DNA of 48,489 nt from contig DASXQK010000220.1 of NCBI GenBank assembly GCA_036493015.1, positions 1-48,489 of the forward strand. The letters run 5' to 3'. Positions 8,871 to 17,332 of the stretch are shown one piece after another. The stretch's first letter is position 1, and the number at the start of each line of letters is the position of its first letter. Under the pieces are notes generated by a model. It saw only the letters and a program-made list of their open reading frames with translations. It searched no databases and was not told where the DNA came from. The translations under genes were made by a program, and so were the position numbers. This DNA is from Dongiaceae bacterium (lineage in GTDB: Bacteria > Pseudomonadota > Alphaproteobacteria > Dongiales > Dongiaceae).

Positions 8871-9045
8871 TTGCAAATCGGCTGGCCGCGCGTCGCGGGC
8901 CGGCACAGGCGAGTCACTAAACCGCAAGATCGGCAGACCTGATTCCGTAGTCCTGATTCAGTCTATTTGTCCCGAGTGAGCCACATGGGCGTAACCGGCC
9001 CTCGGCATTGTCCCGCTTGAAGCCATTTTTCAAACGGAGACAAGG

Positions 9046-9411
9046 ATGTCGAAGATCAGAGTTTATCTGTTTGCGCTGGCTATGGCGCTGAGCTTCGTTG
9101 CCACCTTCAGTGCCCAGGCGGGTGGTGGCCGGCCTCATCAGAATTTCGGAGCGCCTGCGCAGTGCGGCCCGCTGCAGTCCGGCACGCCGGCCTATATCGA
9201 TTGCATGGCCTATGTAAAAGGCCAAGGCAGCATGAAGACCGTCAATAGCGATACCCAGCTGAAGTCGCAGCCGAATTCCTCCAGCTCGGCCGTTGGTGTC
9301 CTCAACAAGGGAACCCAGGTGGCGGTGATCGAGAAGACCGCGAACGGCTTCTGGTATCACGTCAAGTCCGGCGGCTTCAGCGGCTATCTGCCGTTCGAGG
9401 TTGTAAACTAA
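9046..9411 (+). CDS. Secreted bacterial SH3-domain protein
   Basis: 121 aa with signal peptide LFALAMALSFVATFSAQA. The C-terminal LKSQPNSSSSAVGVLNKGTQVAVIEKTANGFWYHVKSGGFSGYL matches the SH3b (SH3_3) pattern. Confidence 0.65.
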   Translation: MSKIRVYLFALAMALSFVATFSAQAGGGRPHQNFGAPAQCGPLQSGTPAYIDCMAYVKGQGSMKTVNSDTQLKSQPNSSSSAVGVLNKGTQVAVIEKTANGFWYHVKSGGFSGYLPFEVVN

Positions 9412-9440
9412 AGCAACAGCACTCGAGCTTTCCTATCGCG

Positions 9441-9485
9441 CCGGCCGGCAGCCCCGACAGCGGGCCGCCGGCCGGTTGCGTTTCA
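9441..9485. terminator. GC-rich stem-loop between convergent genes (candidate bidirectional terminator)
   Basis: ccggccggc (9441-9449) pairs with gccggccgg (9467-9475). An inner gccc/gggc extension pairs 9451-9454 with 9462-9465. The hairpin is followed by ttgcgtttc and lies between stops at 9411 (+) and 9492 (-). Confidence 0.5.
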
Positions 9486-9491
9486 GGCCAC

Positions 9492-10499
9492 TCACACGGA
9501 ATCGCGAATCAGGGGCGTGGTGGAGCAGTGGATTCCGCCGCCGTTCAGCTGCATCTTGGCGTAGGGGATGGTCGTCCAGGCGACGCCGTGCTTTGCCAGT
9601 GCATCCAGCGTCCGGTTGGTCGCACCTTCCGGCATGATGATCTTGCCCGGCGCTACGGCCAGGGAATTGATGATCCATCTGTCGTCACTCGGTTCGATCT
9701 CCACAGTCTGTACGCCGAGAGCCTTCAGTCGCTGGAGGAAGGAATAGGGCAGGCCGGTGGGATCGACGATGGCGAGGTCCTTGCCGATCATCTGGAAGGA
9801 GCCATCGATATGGAGGTCATAGCCCGCCAGGTCGATGGCGATCAGCTCCACGCCCTGACGCTTCAGCACCTCGGCAACCTGCGCGGCACCTTCGTGGTTC
9901 ACTCGTATGCCGCAACCGATGACGGCCGTCTTGCTGTTGATCCAGGCAAAGCTGCCACCCTCCATCAGCGCTTCACCCGATAGCGTGCGCAGGATGGGAA
10001 CGCCGATGCGCGCCAGCGTACGGGTAATGGCAAGTTCTTCACCGCGGCGGATGCGTGCACCCATGCGGCAGACGATGGCCCCGCCTTTGACCATGATCAG
10101 GGGATCGCGGGTGTAGCAGGATTTGAGGCGCCCGCCGGCGACGCCCTCGACCTCATAGATCTCAACGCCCTCGGCGCGCAGGGCCTTCACCAACCCATCA
10201 TGCTGGGCCTGCATCTCGGCAAGCGGCGGCACATGGTCGCTCTGGAAATACCAGCCGGCCTTTTCGTCGCCGAAGGAGCCGATGCTTTCGATCCGCTTGC
10301 GGGGATCGATCACCGACATTTCGGCGCCGGGACGATGCACCAGCACCGCGCGAATCCGGCCGACATCGTTGTCAATGCCCCAGGCCCGGCCCCAATGGGC
10401 CTCCAGCTCCGCCTTATCCTCAAAGGGCGGCGAGGCGGGGGCTGCGAACATCTTGATGGTCTGGCAGTAAATCCAGCCGGGAGTGGGATCGGTGGTCAT
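9492..10499 (-). CDS. Guanidino-group modifying enzyme superfamily protein (amidinotransferase / DDAH / arginine deiminase-like)
   Basis: 335 aa. The C-terminal GGGIHCSTTPL matches the nucleophile-Cys motif of this superfamily (GGxxHC), and the size fits DDAH/amidinotransferase-like enzymes. Confidence 0.7.
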   Translation of the reverse strand: MTTDPTPGWIYCQTIKMFAAPASPPFEDKAELEAHWGRAWGIDNDVGRIRAVLVHRPGAEMSVIDPRKRIESIGSFGDEKAGWYFQSDHVPPLAEMQAQHDGLVKALRAEGVEIYEVEGVAGGRLKSCYTRDPLIMVKGGAIVCRMGARIRRGEELAITRTLARIGVPILRTLSGEALMEGGSFAWINSKTAVIGCGIRVNHEGAAQVAEVLKRQGVELIAIDLAGYDLHIDGSFQMIGKDLAIVDPTGLPYSFLQRLKALGVQTVEIEPSDDRWIINSLAVAPGKIIMPEGATNRTLDALAKHGVAWTTIPYAKMQLNGGGIHCSTTPLIRDSV

Positions 10500-10567
10500 G
10501 ATCGTCCTCGAAAGTGGCGGCGACAGGGATTTAAGCTTGCCATGGAGAGAGCAAAATGTCGCGAAGG

Positions 10568-11944
10568 CTACAACACACCCTTTGCCTTGGCGCTCGCCAG
10601 TTCCATCATGAGCTTCTCATCGGCATGGCGCGCGAGGCTGAGGCTCGTGGCATAGGCCGGACGCCGGCTATCGGTAATCCAGGCCGCGGCGAGTTCGCCC
10701 GCAGCACAACCCGCCATGGTGCCGTATCCGGAGAGCGATCCTGCCATGAAGGCGCCCGGTGTTCGCATCGGTCCGATCAGCGGCAGGTTCTCTGCCGTCA
10801 TCGTGTAATAGCCGCCATAGTGTCGCGCGCCGCGTGGCAGATGGCCGATATAGCGGGCGAGGCCGGGATGAAGCCGGCTCGCCGCGCGCAGCACGAGATC
10901 GGGAAACTGCGGATCAACGGGCTTGTTACCATGCGGGTCCGAATGCTGTTCGTTGAAGGCCCAGCCAAGCTTGATCCAGCTTCCGGCGTCGCCACCATCG
11001 GGCCGGCAATGGATGCCGCCCCTCATCGGCGCCAACAGGGCGGCCGTATCGGGGTCTTCCGCCAGGGCCAGTTGTTCTTCCGCCGTCCACGGCAATGTCT
11101 GTCCATCCAGATCGATGGCAAAAGGCATGTCGCGGGCGATTGCATGCTCGCGGTCCTCGAAGGCGATTTTCTGCTGGTAGACGCAGTGGACGGGCAGGCT
11201 ATCGCCCAGCATGGCGGCAATCTCGCCGAAGAAGGGGCCTGCAGCATTGACCAGCCGGTCGGCCTCGAGCAGTTGCTTTCCCTCGGGTGTTTTGATGGCC
11301 AGGCGAAAGGGCGCCACTTTTTCGACGGCCACGATCTTGCCGCGCAGCAGCAGCCCGCCGGCGGCGCGAACGGTTTCCAGCATGAACTGCCCCAGTTGCT
11401 GGCTGCTGATGGAGCCGGCGCGGCGGACATGCAGGACGGTTGCGACGTCGCCGGCAAAATAGGGAAAGATCCGGCGGATCAGCCCGGAATGACAAAGCAC
11501 GTCCACACCCGCCGGTGCCTCTTTCCAATCCGCCGAACGCGCCGGACGATAGGAGGGCGAGTCCGCCTGTTCGTGCAGGCGGATGGATGACGCCGCCTCG
11601 CTGCCATAACCGCGATGAAGGTCCTCGAACAGCCCGGTGGGCGAAGGGTTGCGGGTAACGAGGGCATAGCCGCGACGGGTCATGGCGATCCGTTCGCCGG
11701 TCTCCACGGCAATTGCCTCCATCAGGTCGATGCTGCGATCGGTGAAGTCAGTCATCACCGGATGCGGCCACCAGTTGCGGTAATTCTCGCCGGATTGGGC
11801 CGAGGTCAGGCTCATCGGATCGCGGGAATCGATCAGCGTGATGGCGCCGAGCCGATGGTTTTTAACCAGGTAATACGCAACGGACAGGCCGATGATGCCG
11901 GCCCCGACAATCGCAATATCGGTGGCGCTTTCAGGCGAACTCAT
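10568..11944 (-). CDS. FAD-dependent oxidoreductase (DAO family)
   Basis: The N-terminal dinucleotide fold IAIVGAGIIGLSVAYYL follows Met at 11944. This ATG overlaps the upstream gene's stop (ATGA at 11941-11944), so I prefer it to the listed start at 11986. Confidence 0.75.
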   Translation of the reverse strand: MSSPESATDIAIVGAGIIGLSVAYYLVKNHRLGAITLIDSRDPMSLTSAQSGENYRNWWPHPVMTDFTDRSIDLMEAIAVETGERIAMTRRGYALVTRNPSPTGLFEDLHRGYGSEAASSIRLHEQADSPSYRPARSADWKEAPAGVDVLCHSGLIRRIFPYFAGDVATVLHVRRAGSISSQQLGQFMLETVRAAGGLLLRGKIVAVEKVAPFRLAIKTPEGKQLLEADRLVNAAGPFFGEIAAMLGDSLPVHCVYQQKIAFEDREHAIARDMPFAIDLDGQTLPWTAEEQLALAEDPDTAALLAPMRGGIHCRPDGGDAGSWIKLGWAFNEQHSDPHGNKPVDPQFPDLVLRAASRLHPGLARYIGHLPRGARHYGGYYTMTAENLPLIGPMRTPGAFMAGSLSGYGTMAGCAAGELAAAWITDSRRPAYATSLSLARHADEKLMMELASAKAKGVL

Positions 11945-12549
11945 CGAGCCGGCAAGCGCTCCACATGTACGGCCTTCGGCTTGCAATCGGCGCCATTGAT
12001 CGGCGTCACGTCCATAGGGCAGGCGGAAAAGATGAGGACGACATCCATCAGGGCGCGCAGCAGCACATGATCGCCCGGCCGGCCGACCGGCGGTTCGATC
12101 GCCACATGCTGGCTGTCGCTGACCGGAATATTCATCCAGAGATTGACCGGGTTGGGTACCAGGGCCGAGTCATAGCCGGCGGCGAACAGCGCCGCGAGAA
12201 AGTTATCGCGGCAATTGGCGTGACCCGGCGGACAGCCGTAATGTTTGTAGAGCCATTTGTCGCAACATGCGAACAGCATGTCGTGACGGCCATGAAAGCT
12301 GTCTTCCTCGAGCAGCAGCATCTTGCTGCGCCGGTTGGAATAGAAGGCATCACCCTGGCGGGGAAACAGATTGCCGAGCATGCGCCTGGTATGCTCGACC
12401 GAGATATATTCGCTGGTATCGCCTAAGGCCAGCGCCCAGGTGTCGACAACCTGGCTGCCGAAGGTGTTGACCAGGCGCGCCGCTTCGCCCGCGCGCAACG
12501 GCATGGCAAAGCCGGCGCCGCCAGCGATTTCCTGAAAACCCATCGTCAC
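11941..12549 (-). CDS. DUF1989 (urea carboxylase-associated / carboxyguanidine deiminase-type) family protein
   Basis: 202 aa. Its size and segments such as GDHVLLRALMDVVLIFSACPMDVTPINGADCKP resemble the DUF1989 family. It is the first gene of a three-gene minus-strand operon. Confidence 0.6.
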   Translation of the reverse strand: MTMGFQEIAGGAGFAMPLRAGEAARLVNTFGSQVVDTWALALGDTSEYISVEHTRRMLGNLFPRQGDAFYSNRRSKMLLLEEDSFHGRHDMLFACCDKWLYKHYGCPPGHANCRDNFLAALFAAGYDSALVPNPVNLWMNIPVSDSQHVAIEPPVGRPGDHVLLRALMDVVLIFSACPMDVTPINGADCKPKAVHVERLPAR

Positions 12550-12579
12550 CTCCCGGACAGAACGCAGCAGGATAGGCGA

Positions 12580-13074
12580 TTGCCGGGCTTACTCGCCCAT
12601 GACATGTTCGCAACGCACCTTCCCCATGAGAGCTGGATGGCTGACACCGTGCTGCTGAAGAATGTTCGCCCGCGGGTTGGCGAAGCCGTCGATGTTCTGA
12701 TCGAAGAGGGCCGCTTCCAGCACTTCGGCAAGAACCTCGGCGCCGCCGATGCTGCGACAATCGATGGCCGGGGCCTGCTGATGCTGCCCGGGCTGATCGA
12801 AAGCCATGTTCATCTCGACAAGACCCTGCGGGGCCTGCCCTGGCGCCCGAATTCCGCGGGCCCGAGGCTGGTCGCCTTTGAAACGGCAACCACCAACAAT
12901 GCCCGAGCGTTGGGCCTGCACCATTACGGGCTCTCGGCCGGCAACGATGCCGATTTCGTGCTGGTGGATTGCGAGACCCTTGCCGAAGCCGTCGTAGGCC
13001 GTCCGCGCCGCGCGCTGGTTGGCAAACGTGGCTGGATCGTCGCGCGCGATGGCATCTTCCTTGCGGCTTCCTGA
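12580..13074 (+). pseudogene. Amidohydrolase (cytosine deaminase-like) remnant lacking the TIM-barrel core
   Basis: The N-terminal part LLKNVRP...VDVLIEEGRF...IDGRGLLMLPGLIESHVHLDKTLRGLPWRPNSAGPRL runs straight into a C-terminal-type segment ETATTNNARALGLHHYGLSAGNDADFVLVD...GKRGWIVARDG. The total is only ~145-164 aa, whereas I recall such enzymes at ~400+ aa. Confidence 0.6.
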
Positions 13075-13120
13075 CGGGGTCTATTCAATTGGAATGCCGC
13101 ATCGGGGGAGCCGCTGATTC

Positions 13121-14020
13121 ATGCTGATCGTCGTCTATAACATCCAGTTCGGTCTCGGGCGCGACGGCCGCATCGATCTCGACCGCATCGCCAAGACCAT
13201 TGCCAAGGCAGATGTTGCGGCACTCCAGGAAGTCGAGCGTAACTGGCGGCCCGATCAAACCTTTCCCGACCAGGCGGCGCGGCTGGGCGCCTTGTTACCA
13301 CAGCATCACTGGGTGCATGGTGCCACGGTCGATCTCGATGGGAGTTCAGCCGGCGCGAACGGCAGGGTTGCCAACGTCCGCCGCCAGTTCGGCAACATGA
13401 CCCTCTCACGCCTGCCGATCATCTCGACCCGCACTCTGCCGCTGCCCACCTTGCCGGTAAGCGGCGAGATCAACGACCAATCCTCGATGCTGGAAGCGGT
13501 GATCGGCAATGGCGACCGCGCGTTCCGCCTCTACAACATTCATTTGAATCATCTGTCGCGGCGCCAACGGCTGCAGCAGCTCGCAACCGCTATCCCCTTC
13601 ATCGGCGAAAGCGGCCGGCGCGCCGGCATGATCAGCGCGCCGAACCTGAAGGGCGGATTGCCGGTAGGCGATTGGCTGGTGCTGCCCGGCGGCACGCTGC
13701 CGGCAATGCCGCCCTCGGTTCTGTTCGCGGGCGATTTCAACTCGAAGCCCGACAGCCCCGAATACGAGCAGATCGTGGGGACCCGCGATCCGGTTTATGG
13801 CCGGCTGACCGAGATCGACCGTTTCGCCGATGCGCTGAGCGTTGCCGGCCTGCCGGAAGATCAGGGCGTCACCTTCCCGGCCTCGCGCGGCAAGCCGGCC
13901 GCCCGTATCGATCACTGCTTTCTTTCCATCGACCTCATCCCACGGATCAAGCGGGCCTGGATCGATAATGACGCCGACGGCTCCGATCACCAGCCCTTAT
14001 GGGTGGAGATCGATCTCTAG
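13121..14020 (+). CDS. Endonuclease/exonuclease/phosphatase (EEP) family protein
   Basis: 299 aa with motifs NIQFG, ALQEV, GDFNSKPDSPEY and GSDHQPLWVEI, typical of the EEP fold. Confidence 0.8.
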   Translation: MLIVVYNIQFGLGRDGRIDLDRIAKTIAKADVAALQEVERNWRPDQTFPDQAARLGALLPQHHWVHGATVDLDGSSAGANGRVANVRRQFGNMTLSRLPIISTRTLPLPTLPVSGEINDQSSMLEAVIGNGDRAFRLYNIHLNHLSRRQRLQQLATAIPFIGESGRRAGMISAPNLKGGLPVGDWLVLPGGTLPAMPPSVLFAGDFNSKPDSPEYEQIVGTRDPVYGRLTEIDRFADALSVAGLPEDQGVTFPASRGKPAARIDHCFLSIDLIPRIKRAWIDNDADGSDHQPLWVEIDL

Positions 14021-14053
14021 GTGATTAGCTGGGTGAAGTGCGGCAATAGGTCC

Positions 14054-15268
14054 TTACGCCGCGCGCACATGCTCCGGCCGGAAACCAAGCCCGATCAGCC
14101 GCGCCGGAATTCGCCGCAGGACGGGCAGTTTGTTGAAAAGGCGGAACAGCAACGGCGCCCGGCCACCGCCGCCGCCCGCCAGCACTCGGTCGATCAGGCG
14201 ATTTTGAATTTGAATCTGCATGCCCTGGGTCATCTTCGTCGGCCACATGCGCCGGTGCTGGACGCGAGCAAGATCGTCGTCGCTGGCAGACCCGTGCTGC
14301 AGGATCGGGCCCAGGATGTTGGCTGTGGCAACCGCATCCTGAATGGCAAGGTTGATGCCCACGCCACCGATGGGCGACATGGCATGGGCCGCATCGCCGA
14401 TGCAGAGCAGCCCCGGGCGGTGCCAGCGCTCCAGCCGGTCGACCGCCACGGTCAGCAACTTGACCTGATCCCAATCGAGCAGTTCCGCCGGCCGGCCGCC
14501 AAGCCAGGGAACCAGCTGCGTCAGATCGGCTCGAAACGCTTCCAGCCCCGCCTGGCGCACGGCGTCGAACCCACCTTTCTTGATCAGATAGGCGCATTGC
14601 CAATAACTGCCGCGGTTGAGCATCACCATCATCCGCCCGGCGGCGATCTTGCCCATGATCTGCGGCGGATCGTCGGGCTTGCGCGATAGCCGCATCCACA
14701 GCACATCCATGGGCGCGCCGGTCACGTTGACCTCGAAGCCGGCGCTTTTGCGCAACGTGGAATGCCGGCCGTCGGCGGCGATCACGAGATCGGCGCGGAT
14801 ATCCAGCGGACCCGAAGGATCGGTGGCGCTGACGCCGGCGACGCGCTGGCCCTCGAAGATCAGCCCGGTTGCCTGGGTCCGCAGTAGCAGCCGGAATGTC
14901 GGATAGTGCTTCGCCTGGGCGGCGAGGAAATCGAGGAAATCCCATTGCGGCATCAGGGCGACGAATTTGCAGCGCGTCGGCAGGTGGCTCAAGTCAGCGA
15001 TGTGGATCCGGTCGTTGCCGACCTGTATCACCATGTTGTCCACCGGGTCGTGGGGCAGCTTCAGCAGCTCGTCGAGCAGCCCCAACTCATGCATGACCTG
15101 AAGGGTCGAGGGATGGATGGTGTCGCCGCGGAAGTCGCGCAGGAAGTCCGGGTGCTTCTCCAGGACGACGACGTCCACGCCGGCGCGCGCCAACAGAAAG
15201 CCCAGCATCATTCCGGCCGGACCGCCGCCGGCGATGCAGCAACGCACCGATAGTTCTTTGTTCGCCAT
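14054..15268 (-). CDS. FAD-dependent monooxygenase/oxidoreductase (UbiH/PHBH-type)
   Basis: 404 aa with N-terminal CCIAGGGPAGMMLGFLLARAGVDVVVLEK, a GD motif (LCIGDAAHAMSPIGGVGINLAIQDA) and DG motif (VIAADGRHS). Confidence 0.8.
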   Translation of the reverse strand: MANKELSVRCCIAGGGPAGMMLGFLLARAGVDVVVLEKHPDFLRDFRGDTIHPSTLQVMHELGLLDELLKLPHDPVDNMVIQVGNDRIHIADLSHLPTRCKFVALMPQWDFLDFLAAQAKHYPTFRLLLRTQATGLIFEGQRVAGVSATDPSGPLDIRADLVIAADGRHSTLRKSAGFEVNVTGAPMDVLWMRLSRKPDDPPQIMGKIAAGRMMVMLNRGSYWQCAYLIKKGGFDAVRQAGLEAFRADLTQLVPWLGGRPAELLDWDQVKLLTVAVDRLERWHRPGLLCIGDAAHAMSPIGGVGINLAIQDAVATANILGPILQHGSASDDDLARVQHRRMWPTKMTQGMQIQIQNRLIDRVLAGGGGGRAPLLFRLFNKLPVLRRIPARLIGLGFRPEHVRAA

Positions 15269-15469
15269 GGTCCCCGTCCCTCAGCCGGTTGCCTGTACTT
15301 CATAACACGGCGGCCTGGGCCTGACCGCGTGGCGTCCTAAGTCTTTGAATTTAAACAGTAATGGGAGAGGATGGCGGGTGCGTCCATCGGTATCACCGTG
15401 GGCATTGGCCCCAGTCCAATTTCATGTCATACAATTGTGTCTAATAGTGGTCCGTAGCGGAGGATATCG

Positions 15470-15775
15470 ATGACGGTTCGCCTGTTCGGTGCCTTGAGCC
15501 TGGCCTTGGCGCTGTTTGCCGGTCTGTCGCCGGCTAGCGCCGCTGATTTCTTCAACACGACGGATCAGAGCCACGTCTATTGCCCGCGCGGCGCCACTCT
15601 TTATTCGTGGGTGCTGGGATATTGGTGCGAGGACAGCACGATATCGGGCGTCCATCCTATCGATTGCAAATCCGGTCCCGGTATGGCCCCCGGCACCTGG
15701 AACAACGGATCGGCGACGCCCGATCAGCTCTGCCGCGCGTCTGCCAGCGTGCCCTCGGTGCAGACGACCAACTGA
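15470..15775 (+). CDS. Small secreted protein with four Cys, unknown function
   Basis: 101 aa with signal peptide LFGALSLALALFAGLSPASA. The mature part has 4 Cys. GGAGGA lies 6 nt upstream of the ATG. Confidence 0.5.
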   Translation: MTVRLFGALSLALALFAGLSPASAADFFNTTDQSHVYCPRGATLYSWVLGYWCEDSTISGVHPIDCKSGPGMAPGTWNNGSATPDQLCRASASVPSVQTTN

Positions 15776-15931
15776 CGAATTGAATTTTTCGGGGTCGACA
15801 GGCCCCGACAGTGACGAAACGCCCAGCAAGAACAGCTGGGCGTTTTGCCATGCGCCGCGCTTTGCCATGCACGGCCCATTTCTGGCAATGTGCGCCGGAG
15901 ATTTCCGAAAACCAAATCTCCAAGAGTCATC

Positions 15932-17182
15932 ATGAAACTCGAATCCAACCAGGCGGTCGAGCGGCCGACTTTCGTCACGTATCTGGAATGTTCGCTGACC
16001 GGCGAGCGCTACGAGGCCGATCGCCTTCAGGGTCTCTCGAAGGCGGGACGGCCGCTTCTCGTGCGTTACGATCTGCCGGCTGTCGCCAAGGCGCTAAGCC
16101 GGGAGATGCTGAAGGACCGCGAGCCGGATTTCTGGCGCTACCGCGAATTGCTGCCGGTACGTCGCAAGCAGGACATCGTCTCGCTGGGCGAGACCATGAC
16201 CCCGCTGATCGCGCTGCCGCAATCGGCGAAGCTGCTGGGCGGCGGCGAAATCCTGGTCAAAGACGAGGGCCGGCTTCCCACCGGCTCGTTCAAGGCGCGG
16301 GGTCTTGCGGTTGCCATCTGCATGGCAAAGGAGCTAGGGGTCAGCCGGGTCGCCATGCCGACCAACGGCAATGCGGGCGCTGCCATGGCCGCCTATGCCA
16401 GCCGCGCAGGCATGGAGAGTTTCGTCTTCTGCCCCGAGGATACGCCGGAAGTGAATGTGCGCGAGATTGCGCTTCAGGGTGCGAAGGTCTGGCGGGTCAA
16501 CGGTCTGATCAACGACTGCGGCAAGATCGTCGGCGAGGGCAAGCAGGCGATGGGCTGGTTCGATCTTTCGACCCTGAAGGAGCCCTATCGGATCGAGGGC
16601 AAGAAGACCATGGGTCTGGAACTGGCCGAGCAACTGGGGTGGGAATTGCCCGATGCGATCTTCTATCCCACCGGCGGCGGTACGGGTCTCATCGGCATGT
16701 GGAAGGCCTTTCAGGAGATGGAGGCGCTGGGCTGGATCGATAGCAGGCGGCCGAGGATGATCGCTGTGCAGGCGACGGGCTGTGCACCCATCGTCAAGGC
16801 GTTCGAGGAAGGTCTCGAACATGCGCCGGTCTGGCCGAATGCGCGCACGATCGCCAGCGGCATCCGGGTGCCCGTGGCGGTCGGCGATTTCTTGATCCTG
16901 CGCGCAGTGCGCCAATCCGGCGGTTTCGCCATCGCCGTTGAGGATTCGGCCATCGACGCGGCGCGCAGCGATGTCGCGAAACGCGAAGGCCTGCTGCTCT
17001 GCCCGGAGGGTGCCGCGACATATGCGGCCTACCAGCAGTCACTGGCCGAAGGGCGCATCGCGCGCGATGCGCGAGTGGTGCTTTATAATTGCGGGGCGGG
17101 GCTCAAATATCCCATGCCGCCCGCCGAACAGCATCTCGATCGCCACAAGCCGATCGACTATGCGGCCTTGGCGTGGGCCTAA
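15932..17182 (+). CDS. thrC: Threonine synthase-like PLP enzyme (fold type II)
   Basis: I chose the ATG at 15932 (MKLESNQ...). It carries LECSLTGERY, PLP-lysine motif TGSFKARG and glycine loop PTGGGTGLIG, as in short-type threonine synthases. Confidence 0.7.
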   Translation: MKLESNQAVERPTFVTYLECSLTGERYEADRLQGLSKAGRPLLVRYDLPAVAKALSREMLKDREPDFWRYRELLPVRRKQDIVSLGETMTPLIALPQSAKLLGGGEILVKDEGRLPTGSFKARGLAVAICMAKELGVSRVAMPTNGNAGAAMAAYASRAGMESFVFCPEDTPEVNVREIALQGAKVWRVNGLINDCGKIVGEGKQAMGWFDLSTLKEPYRIEGKKTMGLELAEQLGWELPDAIFYPTGGGTGLIGMWKAFQEMEALGWIDSRRPRMIAVQATGCAPIVKAFEEGLEHAPVWPNARTIASGIRVPVAVGDFLILRAVRQSGGFAIAVEDSAIDAARSDVAKREGLLLCPEGAATYAAYQQSLAEGRIARDARVVLYNCGAGLKYPMPPAEQHLDRHKPIDYAALAWA

Positions 17183-17190
17183 TCAGTTTT

Positions 17191-17283
17191 TCCTCTCCCC
17201 ATCCTTCATGGGGGAGAGGATCAAGGTGAGGGGGCGTGTCATAGTCACCCTCACCCCAACCCTTTCCCGCAAGCGGGAGAGGG
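17191..17283. repeat. REP/RIME-like cluster of three hairpins in a convergent intergenic region (probable terminator/repeat element)
   Basis: Hairpin 1 is tcctctcccc (17191-17200) with ggggagagga (17211-17220). Hairpin 2 is ggtgaggg (17225-17232) with ccctcacc (17248-17255). Hairpin 3 is ccctttcccgc (17260-17270) with gcgggagaggg (17273-17283). The ggggagagg/ccctcacc motif type recalls rhizobial intergenic repeats. Confidence 0.6.
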
Positions 17284-17332
17284 AGCGCGCCGCAGCCGTT
17301 TGTCTGGCTTGAATTCTTGAGGCGATCAGACG

